A stretch of DNA of 64,000 nt, taken from contig CAYHCO010000003.1 in the NCBI GenBank assembly GCA_964355105.1, forward strand, positions 5,577-69,576. The letters are read 5' to 3'. The notes under the pieces were generated by a model, which saw only the letters and a list, made by a program, of their open reading frames with translations, ran no database searches and was not told the origin of the DNA. A program made the translations under genes and the position numbers. Each line of letters starts with the position of its first letter. The stretch's first letter is position 1. This stretch comes from an uncultured Porphyromonadaceae bacterium (GTDB lineage: Bacteria; Bacteroidota; Bacteroidia; Bacteroidales; UBA12481). Positions 32,992 through 42,013 of this stretch are shown here, piece after piece.

Positions 32992-34554
32992 ATGGAACAT
33001 AAAACTGATTTTTTGGTAGTGGGCAGTGGCCTTGCAGGCATGTCGTACGCTCTTCAGGTTGCCCAATACGGGAGTGTGATACTGCTGAGCAAGACCAAGC
33101 TCGAGGAAACCAATACCTGGTATGCCCAGGGTGGTATCGCTTCGGTCATGTACGCTCCTGATAATCTGGAGAAACACGTGCAGGACACCCTCATTGCCGG
33201 CGACGGGCTCTGTAATGAAAAGATCGTGCGGATGGTTGTCAACGAAGCTCCGGAACAAATCAAGAACCTGATCGGCTGGGGCGCCAATTTCGACCGGAAC
33301 ACGGATGGAAAGTTCAATCTCAACCGCGAGGGAGGCCATTCCGAACATCGTATCCTTCATCACAAGGACAATACGGGCGCCGAGATCATGCGGGCCTTGT
33401 CGGCACGGGTGCGTACCCATCAGAATATCACCATCATAGAAAATTCCTTTGCCCTCGACCTGATCACGCAGCATCACATGGGTACTCCCGTTTTCCGCGG
33501 AAATCCCGAGATCGAGTGCTACGGGGCTTACACTTTTGATATTAAAAACAGGCGGATCGATACCATTCTTTCCAAAGTCACCCTCCTGGCTACCGGAGGC
33601 AGCGGGTACATCTACCAGACCACCACCAATCCGCCCATTGCCACGGGCGACGGCATCGCCATGGCATACCGCGCCAAGGCATACGTTGACCATGTCGAGT
33701 TTTTCCAGTTCCATCCCACCAGTCTGTACAATCCCGGCGAACGCCCGTCATTCCTCATCTCAGAAGCGGTGAGGGGAGCCGGCGGCATCCTCAAAACCCA
33801 GGATGGCGAGGAATTCATGAACAAGTATGATCCGCGGGGATCACTGGCCTCCAGGGATATCGTGGCCCGGGCCATCGATACCGAACTGAAAAACCGGGGC
33901 GAGGATTTTGTCAATCTCGATTGCACCGGAATCAGCAAGGAAAAATTGCTCACCCATTTTCCGAATATCTACAATAAATGCCTGTCACTGGGTATCGACA
34001 TGACCAGGGATCCCGTTCCGGTGGTGCCGGCGGCACACTATTTTTGCGGCGGCATCCGTACTGATGAGAACGGGCAGACCACCATCCGTAACCTATACGC
34101 TGCAGGCGAAGTGGCCTGTACCGGTCTGCATGGCGCCAATCGTTTGGCATCCAACTCTTTACTCGAAGCTGTCGTTTTCGCACACCGCGCGGCGGTCGAT
34201 TCCGGCAGCAAGTTGCCGTACCTCAAACATCAGGAAAGCATTCCGCCATGGAACGATGAAGGAACCCGGAACCCTGACGAAATGGTTCTTATTACCCAGT
34301 CGACCCGGGAATTGCAGCAGATCATGTCGAATTATGTGGGGATCGTCCGGACCAACGCCCGTATGAAAAGGGCCCTCGACCGTATTTACATCCTTTACCG
34401 CGAAACCGAGGAACTGTACGGCCGTTCAACGGTCTCGGTGAAGCTTTGCGAACTGAGAAACGCCATCAAGGTAGCCTACCTCATTGTCAAGCATGCCCGT
34501 CAGCGCAAGGAAAGCCGGGGGCTGCACTATAATCTGGATTATCCGAAAAAATAA
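32992..34554 (+). CDS. nadB: L-aspartate oxidase
   Basis: DFLVVGSGLAGMSYAL...YAQGGIASV...HPT...GLHGANRLASNSLLE. Confidence 0.9.
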   Translation: MEHKTDFLVVGSGLAGMSYALQVAQYGSVILLSKTKLEETNTWYAQGGIASVMYAPDNLEKHVQDTLIAGDGLCNEKIVRMVVNEAPEQIKNLIGWGANFDRNTDGKFNLNREGGHSEHRILHHKDNTGAEIMRALSARVRTHQNITIIENSFALDLITQHHMGTPVFRGNPEIECYGAYTFDIKNRRIDTILSKVTLLATGGSGYIYQTTTNPPIATGDGIAMAYRAKAYVDHVEFFQFHPTSLYNPGERPSFLISEAVRGAGGILKTQDGEEFMNKYDPRGSLASRDIVARAIDTELKNRGEDFVNLDCTGISKEKLLTHFPNIYNKCLSLGIDMTRDPVPVVPAAHYFCGGIRTDENGQTTIRNLYAAGEVACTGLHGANRLASNSLLEAVVFAHRAAVDSGSKLPYLKHQESIPPWNDEGTRNPDEMVLITQSTRELQQIMSNYVGIVRTNARMKRALDRIYILYRETEELYGRSTVSVKLCELRNAIKVAYLIVKHARQRKESRGLHYNLDYPKK

Positions 34555-34624
34555 GGCAGAGGGCAGAGGGCAAAGGGCATAAATTGGGAATAAGGAATAG
34601 GGAAGAGGGAATAGGGGAGGTTGG
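34555..34624 (+). repeat. heptanucleotide array (GGCAGAG-type, 10 units) starting right after the nadB stop; left arm of an inverted pair
   Basis: ggcagag ggcagag ggcaaag ggcataa attggga ataagga ataggga agaggga atagggg aggttgg. Confidence 0.85.
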
Positions 34625-34761
34625 ACAATGGTCCTGTATTTATTATTTGATTCCCCCACAGAAGGTTGGCGCATTGGATATTACGGGGATTCTTACTTAC
34701 TTGGCGACACTGCCGGCATCTTACGGGCCCGTCAATAAACCTTAACCAGACTTAGTCCTAA

Positions 34762-34811
34762 AACCTTTTCCCTATTACTAATTTTTGCCCTTTGCCTTCT
34801 GCCTTCTGCCC
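34762..34811 (-). repeat. inverted partner array (…TTTGCCC TTTGCCT TCTGCCT TCTGCCC) ending in the trpS stop codon
   Basis: Reverse complement gggcagaaggcagaaggcaaagggcaaaaattagtaatagggaaaagg aligns with the left arm 34555..34610. Confidence 0.8.
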
Positions 34812-35803
34812 TAGAAAGTCCTGAACCCAATAATCTCCCTGACATCCTTCAAGGTTGCGGATGCGCTGATGCGGGCTTTCTCGGCGCCCATCTTAACCAC
34901 TTTTGCCAGGTAGGCATCGTCGGACTGGATTTCGAGGATGCGTTCGCGGATCGGTTCGGTGAGCTTAATGATATCGGCGGAGAGCTGTTTTTTCAGGTCG
35001 CCGTAGCGAATGGCGCATTTGGCGTATTGCTCGCGGAAAAACACCACGGTGTCGGGCTCACTGGCCACTTCCATCAGCTGAAAAAGGTTTTCGATTGCCT
35101 CCGGCGGCGTCTGGTTCATTTGTGTGGGACCGGCATCGGTAACGGCACCCATCACTTTCTTATGAATGGTTTTGGGATCGTCGGCCAGGTTGATGGCGTT
35201 GCCTTCGGATTTACCCATCTTGCCTGATCCGTCGAGACCCGGAATCTTGATCAGGTTTTTTGAGAAACTGAACCCTTCCGGCTCGGGAAAATATTCAGTC
35301 TCGTAAATAGTATTGAAACGGCGGGCAAAACGGCGGGCCATCTCGATATTCTGCTCCTGATCCTTGCCCACCGGCACCTTATTGGCCTTGTGGATAATGA
35401 TATCCGTAGCCATCAGCACGGGATAAGTGAGTAATCCGGCATTGACGTTATCGGGCTGTTTCCTGATCTTTTCCTTAAAAGTGGTCGTACGCTCGAGCTC
35501 GCCGATATAGGCGTTCATGTTCATCAGGAGGTACAATTCGGCAATTTCAGGAACATCGCTCTGTACATAAAGGGTGGCAATCTCGGGATCGATGCCGCAG
35601 CCGAGGTATTCCGACAGAACGGTCCGAACATTGGCATGAAGATCACCCGGATGCGGGTGCGTGGTGAGCGAATGCCAGTCGGCAACAAAAAAATAGCAGT
35701 TATACTCGTGTTGCATCCTCACAAAATTCTTTATTGCCCCGAAATAGTTGCCCAGATGGAGGTTGCCGGTCGACCGGATTCCGCTTAATACCGTCTCTTT
35801 CAT
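34811..35803 (-). CDS. trpS: tryptophan--tRNA ligase
   Basis: From the internal ATG: MKETVLSGIRSTGNLHLGNYFGAIKNFV (HIGH-type motif) and the KMGKS motif (GSGKMGKSEGN). Confidence 0.9.
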   Translation of the reverse strand: MKETVLSGIRSTGNLHLGNYFGAIKNFVRMQHEYNCYFFVADWHSLTTHPHPGDLHANVRTVLSEYLGCGIDPEIATLYVQSDVPEIAELYLLMNMNAYIGELERTTTFKEKIRKQPDNVNAGLLTYPVLMATDIIIHKANKVPVGKDQEQNIEMARRFARRFNTIYETEYFPEPEGFSFSKNLIKIPGLDGSGKMGKSEGNAINLADDPKTIHKKVMGAVTDAGPTQMNQTPPEAIENLFQLMEVASEPDTVVFFREQYAKCAIRYGDLKKQLSADIIKLTEPIRERILEIQSDDAYLAKVVKMGAEKARISASATLKDVREIIGFRTF

Positions 35804-35830
35804 GCTAATTCTGTTCTGTTTAAACGGTCG

Positions 35831-35838
35831 CAAAGATA
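35831..35838 (-). promoter_or_regulatory. -7 box TATCTTTG for trpS
   Basis: Reverse complement of caaagata, about 27 nt upstream of ATG 35803. Confidence 0.45.
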
Positions 35839-35865
35839 GAAATTCCTCCTTTAGTGTGGTTTGAT

Positions 35866-35873
35866 TACCTTTG
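35866..35873 (+). promoter_or_regulatory. -7 box TACCTTTG for rbfA
   Basis: Matches TAnnTTTG, 32 nt upstream of ATG 35906. It argues against the TTG start at 35861. Confidence 0.45.
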
Positions 35874-35905
35874 ATATCGATTTAACCAGCGAGGAGGACC
35901 AAGAG

Positions 35906-36241
35906 ATGGAAACAACAAGACAATTGAAAATAGCCCGCCTGATTCAGAAAGAACTGGCCGAATTCTTTCGCGGGAACGACCATATAGCCGTTCACGGCAC
36001 CATGATTTCGGTAACCCAGGTGAGGATCAGTCCCGACCTGAGCCAGGCACGGAACTACATCAGCGTTTTTCCATCTTCGAAAGCCGCCGAAATAGTGAAA
36101 CTTCTTGAGGATCAGAATAAAATGATCCGTTACGAGCTGGGAAAAAAGATTGGAAAACAGGTACGGCATATACCCGAATTGCGTTTTTATGTCGACGATT
36201 CCATGGATTATGTGGATAGGATCAGCGAATTATTAAAATAA
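35906..36241 (+). CDS. rbfA: ribosome-binding factor A
   Basis: METTRQLKIARLIQKELAEFF...VTQVRISPDLSQARNYISVF...IPELRFYVD. Confidence 0.85.
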   Translation: METTRQLKIARLIQKELAEFFRGNDHIAVHGTMISVTQVRISPDLSQARNYISVFPSSKAAEIVKLLEDQNKMIRYELGKKIGKQVRHIPELRFYVDDSMDYVDRISELLK

Positions 36242-37476
36242 TGAACCTGCCGCTTTTTATTGCTTTCAGATATTTCAAGGCGCGCCGTTCCAGGCATATC
36301 ATAAATTGGATTTCACGCATCTCCGTAGCCGGGATTTCCCTGGCCACAATGGCGTTAATCGTCGTTCTCAGCGTGTTCAACGGTCTCGATCACCTGATCA
36401 GGTCGCTTTTCAGTTCGTTCGACCCCGATATTAAAATCACCGCGGTGGAAGGCAAGACTTTCCAAGCGGATTCGCTTTTTCTCAGCCGGCTCAAATCCGT
36501 TCAGGGAGTAGCGGATTATTGCCAAGTGGTGGAGGAGAATGCACTGCTGAAATACCGCGACCGGCAGGCGATCGCCACCATCAAGGGGGTTGGACCTGAA
36601 TTCACCAATATTTCCGGGCTCGATTCGATGATCGTCGACGGGGAGATCCTGCTCAACGATGAGGATAAGCCCATGGCAGTGATTGGCCGGGAGCTCGGCG
36701 GCGAACTGGGAGTCGGACTCAACTTCATCAATCCGGTTCATATCTACGCGCCCAAACGTTCCGGGAAGATCATGCTAAATCCGGTTTCATCGATCACGCA
36801 CAATTACATTTTTCCATCAGGCGTTTTTGGCATCCAACAGGATTACGACTCAAAATACCTGATTGTTCCGCTCGATTATGCCCGTAATTTCTTTGATTAT
36901 TCCGATCATGAAGTCAGCGCGCTGGAGGTGAAAGTCACTGACGAAAAGCAGGCCGGCGAGGTCATGAAAAAATTATCGGCACTTCTCGGCAAGGATTTCA
37001 CGGTTGCCGGCCGCCTCGAGCAGCATCAGGGTTTTTACCGCGTGATGGCATCCGAGAAATGGGCCATCTTCCTGATCCTGAGTTTTATATTAATGGTTGC
37101 CTCCTTCAATACCATCTCCTCCCTCACCCTGCTGATGCTCGAAAAAAAGTCGGACATGCAGGTCATGCGCAGCATGGGCTCGAGCCAGTCGAAGATCAGG
37201 CGGATATTCCTCTGGGAAGGTCTGCTGGTCACCGGAATCGGTATGGTCATCGGCCTGGTTCTTGGCGTCATCGTATGCGTTGTGCAGCAGCAGTTTGGCC
37301 TCCTGAGGTTTCCCGACAGCGGATCCTTCGTGGTCAATGTTTATCCGGTACGAATGCTGTTCACTGATTTTGTGCTGGTGACAGGCCTGATCGGGGTGAT
37401 AGGGTATTTTGCAGCCTGGATTCCGCTCCGCGTGATGAAGAAGCGCTATTTCGCTTCCGAATCGCTCGACGAGTAG
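36241..37476 (+). CDS. FtsX-like ABC transporter permease (LolC/E family)
   Basis: MNLPLFIAFRYFKARRSRHIINWISRISVAGISLATMALIVVLSVFNG. C-terminal FtsX domain with three TM segments. Confidence 0.8.
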   Translation: MNLPLFIAFRYFKARRSRHIINWISRISVAGISLATMALIVVLSVFNGLDHLIRSLFSSFDPDIKITAVEGKTFQADSLFLSRLKSVQGVADYCQVVEENALLKYRDRQAIATIKGVGPEFTNISGLDSMIVDGEILLNDEDKPMAVIGRELGGELGVGLNFINPVHIYAPKRSGKIMLNPVSSITHNYIFPSGVFGIQQDYDSKYLIVPLDYARNFFDYSDHEVSALEVKVTDEKQAGEVMKKLSALLGKDFTVAGRLEQHQGFYRVMASEKWAIFLILSFILMVASFNTISSLTLLMLEKKSDMQVMRSMGSSQSKIRRIFLWEGLLVTGIGMVIGLVLGVIVCVVQQQFGLLRFPDSGSFVVNVYPVRMLFTDFVLVTGLIGVIGYFAAWIPLRVMKKRYFASESLDE

Positions 37477-38459
37477 GCGGGCAGGTGCCCCCACCTTTCC
37501 ATGATATGGTCGAGCAACCGGTCGACCTCCTCAAACGTTTCCGCCTGCAGCAGTTTAACGCGGGTATCCCTGAAATCGGGCAATCCTTTGTAATACACCG
37601 AGAAGAACCGGCGCATGCTCCGGACGGCCCTGACCTCCGTGCGGCCGGCCGTTGCCATAAACAGGTGTTCACGCACCAGGTCGGTCTGCTCCGAAACCAG
37701 CACCGGGGGCAACAGTTCCCCGGTATTCAGGTAATGCTTCACTTCGCGGAACAGCCAGGGCCTGCCAATGGCAGCCCGGCCGATCATTACGGCGTCGACT
37801 CCGTAAGTATCGAAGGCTTGCTTTGTTTTTACCGGTGAATCGATATCCCCGTTACCAATGATCGGAATATGGATCCTGGGATTATTTTTCACTTCCCCGA
37901 TGAGTGTCCAGTCGGCATGCCCCAGGTACATCTGCGCCCGCGTCCGGCCATGGATCGTTAAGGCTGCGATGCCGCAATCCTGCAGCTGTTCGGCCAGCCC
38001 TACTATGATTTTGCTGTCATCGTCCCAGCCAAGCCGGGTTTTTACCGTGACCGGAAGTTTGGTGGCCTTAACCACCTCTGCGGTCATTTTCAGCAGATTG
38101 GGAATATCGCGGAGCATACCCGCGCCGGCTCCCTTCATGGCGATCTTTTTCACCGGGCAGCCGAAATTCAGGTCGATCAGGTCGGGCTCATACTCTTCAG
38201 CGATCTTCGCCGATTCCACCATGGAGGAAATCTCCTTGCCGTACAGCTGAATGCCGTAGGGATGCTCCAGCGGATGGATCTCCATTTTCTGCAGTGTTTT
38301 GTCGATCTTCCGGATCACCGCCTCCGAAGCCACGAACTCCGAAAACATCAGGTCGACCCCGTAACGCTTGCACAGCAAACGGAATGGCGCATCGGTCACA
38401 TCCTCCATCGGCGCGAGGATAACCGGCCTTTCTCCCAATTCGACTGATCCTATTCTCAT
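37446..38459 (-). CDS. dusB: tRNA-dihydrouridine synthase
   Basis: VILAPMEDVTDAPFRLLCKRYGVDLMFSEFV...DLNFGCPVKK...TIHGRT. Confidence 0.85.
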   Translation of the reverse strand: MRIGSVELGERPVILAPMEDVTDAPFRLLCKRYGVDLMFSEFVASEAVIRKIDKTLQKMEIHPLEHPYGIQLYGKEISSMVESAKIAEEYEPDLIDLNFGCPVKKIAMKGAGAGMLRDIPNLLKMTAEVVKATKLPVTVKTRLGWDDDSKIIVGLAEQLQDCGIAALTIHGRTRAQMYLGHADWTLIGEVKNNPRIHIPIIGNGDIDSPVKTKQAFDTYGVDAVMIGRAAIGRPWLFREVKHYLNTGELLPPVLVSEQTDLVREHLFMATAGRTEVRAVRSMRRFFSVYYKGLPDFRDTRVKLLQAETFEEVDRLLDHIMERWGHLPAYSSSDSEAK

Positions 38460-38463
38460 GCTG

Positions 38464-38471
38464 CAAAAGTA
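38464..38471 (-). promoter_or_regulatory. -7 box TACTTTTG 4 nt upstream of the dusB ATG
   Basis: Reverse complement reads ccctacttttgcagcATG. The same tgctgcaaaagtagg string recurs at 41915..41929. Confidence 0.4.
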
Positions 38472-38527
38472 GGGATTAAGCCGGACCTTCTGATTTTTTC
38501 CTTATAATTGAGCTTCAGATTACTTTG

Positions 38528-39733
38528 ATGAGAATGGCTTTCCCCCGGATTTTCCTGCTTGTTGTTTTCGTTTCATGCTTCTTCGGCGCCAGTGCCCAGG
38601 ATGAAAGAACGCAACTGCCGCTGATCATGAAAAAGTCCTTTTTCGAGCTGAACATCGGCAGCATCAATTATCCTTTTTCTGCACAAGAACTGGAGCCGGG
38701 CTATCAGCTGCAATCGGTCACGGTACCTCATACAGCAGTTCGGCTGGTACTTTTCGGCTATGAATTCAACAAGTACCTGGCTGCCCAGATCACCTACATG
38801 CGACCGGTACTTTGGGTGAAATACCAGTATCTAACCGGTGATGTCAGCAGCACGCGAACGGTTTGGATGAACGTTGCCGGCCTGACCCTCAAGCCACAAC
38901 TGCCTATCGGAAAGCATTTCTCTATTTACGGCGAAGGCGGGCTTGGCATCATCACCCGTCACGGATTCAACCATGCCGAGAATATGCCGGTGGTAAAAAG
39001 TGCCAATTACGCGACTACCCTCTGGGGCGCCGGCGTGCGCTACCACATCAACGATTACTGGTTACTGCAGATCATGGGAGCCTATTCCCCCGCCAACAAA
39101 AAAGCCAATCAACCCTATACCACCTTTATCTCACCCGGATTCTCCTACCGGCTTCACCCGGTCTCCGACAGTAAGAGGCAGCTGTCGGTAACCTCCGGCC
39201 GCACCTATCCGAAACACATGCTGAAAGTGGGTTTCTCGAGTAATATCCTTGGATATGGAGTCAACAATTTCCTCTCGGAAGGAAAGATCCCTGTTTTCTG
39301 GGGGGGTGAAGCGGAAGTAAAAAGCGGTGCATCGCTGATTTATCAGAGAAATGTGTTCCATACTCCCCGGGTTTTTTCCCTCGACTGGGGCTTTAACATG
39401 TCGACCTGGCAAACCAACGTAAACCATGACGGATTTTTCACACTGGCGCTCTTTCCGGTGTTCAGGTTCAATTACCTGCATCTCAAGAAGGCTGATTTCT
39501 ATTTTTACTATTCGGTTGCAGGCCCGTGCTTTATCTCGAAAACCACCCTTGACGGGCACCTGATGGGGGGAAAGTTCACTTTTCAGGACACCATGGGTAC
39601 CGGGATATTTTTCGGTGCGAAAAGAAATTTTATTGCTGAGATAAAGATCGCTCATTACTCCAACGGCAATCTTTATCCGAGGAACGATGCGGTAAAAATT
39701 CCCCTGTCACTCGACCTGGGATATGCCTTTTAG
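38528..39733 (+). CDS. outer-membrane protein: N-terminal beta-barrel domain fused to an acyloxyacyl hydrolase (PagL-like lipid A deacylase) beta-barrel
   Basis: Signal peptide ..FFGASAQ and alternating beta-strand pattern. C-terminal ..IAEIKIAHYSNGNLYPRNDAVKIPLSLDLGYAF resembles the H.SN(G/A)...N.G.N....GY.F end of PagL-like proteins. Confidence 0.5.
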   Translation: MRMAFPRIFLLVVFVSCFFGASAQDERTQLPLIMKKSFFELNIGSINYPFSAQELEPGYQLQSVTVPHTAVRLVLFGYEFNKYLAAQITYMRPVLWVKYQYLTGDVSSTRTVWMNVAGLTLKPQLPIGKHFSIYGEGGLGIITRHGFNHAENMPVVKSANYATTLWGAGVRYHINDYWLLQIMGAYSPANKKANQPYTTFISPGFSYRLHPVSDSKRQLSVTSGRTYPKHMLKVGFSSNILGYGVNNFLSEGKIPVFWGGEAEVKSGASLIYQRNVFHTPRVFSLDWGFNMSTWQTNVNHDGFFTLALFPVFRFNYLHLKKADFYFYYSVAGPCFISKTTLDGHLMGGKFTFQDTMGTGIFFGAKRNFIAEIKIAHYSNGNLYPRNDAVKIPLSLDLGYAF

Positions 39734-39824
39734 CATCCGGAACCGCCAGGGCATGCCGTAAACGAGGTACATATATATTATACCCCCGGATCCGAACATC
39801 ACGCGTGTTCTCTCTGTCGGGTAT

Positions 39825-40298
39825 TCAATAGTCAATCTTGATATGGGAATCGAGCCAGTCGTTGAACTCCTTACCCTGATCTTCAACATCGAGCTTCTCG
39901 AACGGGGTCAGCCGGCCGGCCGGCTCCCGTGCGATCTCTTCATACAGCTCGACATCGCGGAACCCCGCTTCTGCCGCATCCTGGCGGTCGGAAGCATATA
40001 CCACGCGGCTGATCCGCGACCAGTAAATGGCGCTCAGGCACATCGGGCAGGGCTCACAGGAAGTGTACAGGGTAGTCCCGGAGAGGTTAAAGGATTTCAG
40101 GTTCAATGCCGCCTGACGAATGGCCTGTATTTCGGCATGAGCAGTCGGATCCGGAATGGCAATCACCTGATTGGCGCATTCAGCCACCACTTCACCGTTT
40201 TTCACGACGACGGCGCCGAAAGGTCCGCCTCCGGTGGAAACATTGGTTCTGGCCAGCTGCACTGCGCGGGCAAGGAAAAATTTATCTGTCGTTTTCAT
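39825..40298 (-). CDS. guaD: guanine deaminase (CDA-fold, B. subtilis GuaD type) / nucleoside deaminase
   Basis: From the internal ATG: ..GGGPFGAVVVKNGEVVAE..DPTAHAEIQAIRQA...LYTSCEPCPMCLSAIYWSRISRVVYA..DAAEAGF closely follows the GuaD pattern. Confidence 0.65.
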   Translation of the reverse strand: MKTTDKFFLARAVQLARTNVSTGGGPFGAVVVKNGEVVAECANQVIAIPDPTAHAEIQAIRQAALNLKSFNLSGTTLYTSCEPCPMCLSAIYWSRISRVVYASDRQDAAEAGFRDVELYEEIAREPAGRLTPFEKLDVEDQGKEFNDWLDSHIKIDY

Positions 40299-41904
40299 GC
40301 GGGGTTTCGGGTATCGGGTTTCGGGTATCGTGTTTCGGGTTGGTTCCGTCGGCGAAGACGAAAAGGGAGTAAAAAACGGCGAAAAAAGCAACGCCGGCCT
40401 GGGTTTCAAGAGTATCTTCATTGATCATCGAAAGAAAGATGACCAGCAGAAACATGAGGATGAAATACTTGCTTTTTCCTCTTTCGATAAACATAGGCAG
40501 GAGAATGGCACTCATCAGGATGAGGAATCCTACAATCCCGAAGGTCAGGAGGAAGGTGAGAAACTGGTTATGAGCCCTTAACCTCCAGAGGGGTTCAAGC
40601 GGTGAATTCAGCTCGATATATTTCCGGTCGAACGCGGTTTTGGTATCGCCTGTGCCCACTCCAAAAACCGGATGATCCTTAAAGATGGCCCAGCCGGTTT
40701 TCAGGTATTCGAGCCGCTGGGTTACCGAGTGGCCGCTGGGGTTTGCCCCTTTACGGTACTGGTCTATCTCCCAGATGGTTTCGTACATGCGAACATCAAA
40801 ACTCTTCGGTTTTCGGTACATGCAATTGGCAAAACCGTTCTCTATCAGCCGAATATCATCCTTGTCGAGCAGGGACACCCCATATTCATCCTTGCGCAAT
40901 CCTTTCGAGGTGAGGTAGCGGATGAGCGTATACTTGATTTCCTGGCCCTTGAGGTCGCGACCATCAAAATCGAGGCGGCTCACCCGGTTCCAGGCTTCCC
41001 GCATTTCGGTCTCACACTGGTACCATCCCACCCGGTATCCGTTTTCAAGAAACGGATTGGTGGTATCGTGCCAGTAAGGATTTCCTTTCACAGTAGCCCG
41101 GTCGGGCTGCTCCTGCATTTCCCGCACCGTATAAAAGTCAGCCACCCGCCCGCTCAGATAAAATCCTGCCAGGACAGGCACAGTAAACAATCCGACCATC
41201 AAAAACCACCTGAGCATCGGGTCCGGCCTTTTCAGCCCCCAACGCAAGGTCAGGATCCATCCGCCAATGATCAGGATGACAACGCCGGTAAGCGATTTTA
41301 GAAGGAAAAGAAAGACCAACAGGCTGAGGGCACAGGGTATCAGAATCATTCTTAGCCTTGATGAGGAAAGGGGATCAAAAATGTATCGGAGGAGGATGAA
41401 TATCGCCATCACCACCATCAGGGCAAACCGGATATGTGAGATAAAAAGTACGGATTCACGGTCGCCGGTATACGTGGCCGGTCCGAAACCCATCATGATG
41501 CTCAGGCTGATCATGGCGCCGATCAGAACGGCGAAGGTGAAGGAACCGAGAATAAAGCGCATCTCGTTATTGTTCAATGGCCTGATACTGCCCAGAACCA
41601 GGGGCATCAGCAACAGGGGCAACTTGACTTTCACGTCATTAAGACCGTACGACAGATCGGAGGTATATAGAAGACCGGCTACCGGAACAAAGAAAAGCAG
41701 TGTGAAAATCAGGATCTGGGGCCGCATTTTTATGCGCCTCCATTTCTCGTCGAATTTACCTTCGGCAAGCCAGGTTACCGCAAGGAGTATCTGCGCGGCG
41801 CTGGCCAGGTATTTTGAAAGAGGCAGGCTGACCACGGTCACGAAAAGAAAAAACAGGGTAGCGTTCCTGAAAGTTACATGCCGTTTAATCAGATCGGGGT
41901 TCAT
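40282..41904 (-). CDS. O-antigen ligase (Wzy_C) family membrane protein
   Basis: From internal ATG 41904 (MNPDLIKRHVTFRNATLFFLF..). About 10 TM segments plus a soluble insert. Signature ..LWRLRAHNQFLTFLLTFGIVGF (HN..L...E.G..G type). The track ORF's upstream 147 aa cross a promoter region. Confidence 0.7.
   Translation of the reverse strand: MNPDLIKRHVTFRNATLFFLFVTVVSLPLSKYLASAAQILLAVTWLAEGKFDEKWRRIKMRPQILIFTLLFFVPVAGLLYTSDLSYGLNDVKVKLPLLLMPLVLGSIRPLNNNEMRFILGSFTFAVLIGAMISLSIMMGFGPATYTGDRESVLFISHIRFALMVVMAIFILLRYIFDPLSSSRLRMILIPCALSLLVFLFLLKSLTGVVILIIGGWILTLRWGLKRPDPMLRWFLMVGLFTVPVLAGFYLSGRVADFYTVREMQEQPDRATVKGNPYWHDTTNPFLENGYRVGWYQCETEMREAWNRVSRLDFDGRDLKGQEIKYTLIRYLTSKGLRKDEYGVSLLDKDDIRLIENGFANCMYRKPKSFDVRMYETIWEIDQYRKGANPSGHSVTQRLEYLKTGWAIFKDHPVFGVGTGDTKTAFDRKYIELNSPLEPLWRLRAHNQFLTFLLTFGIVGFLILMSAILLPMFIERGKSKYFILMFLLVIFLSMINEDTLETQAGVAFFAVFYSLFVFADGTNPKHDTRNPIPETPHENDR
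40302..40350. repeat. heptanucleotide array (GGGTTTC/GGGTATC units)
   Basis: gggtttc gggtatc gggtttc gggtatc gtgtttc gggttgg ttccgtc. On the minus strand it is read as the C-terminal tail ..NPKHDTRNPIPETPHENDR of the ligase-like ORF. Confidence 0.85.
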
Positions 41905-41921
41905 TTTTGCTGAATATGCTG

Positions 41922-41929
41922 CAAAAGTA
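41922..41929 (-). promoter_or_regulatory. -7 box TACTTTTG for the ligase-like gene
   Basis: Reverse complement of caaaagta, 18 nt upstream of ATG 41904. Confidence 0.4.
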
Positions 41930-42013
41930 GGTTTTACACAGGTGCAATTTAATAAGTTGTCCGGTTTTGAGTCAGGATAAGAATTAAAATCAAGTTTATT
42001 TGTATAAAAAACC

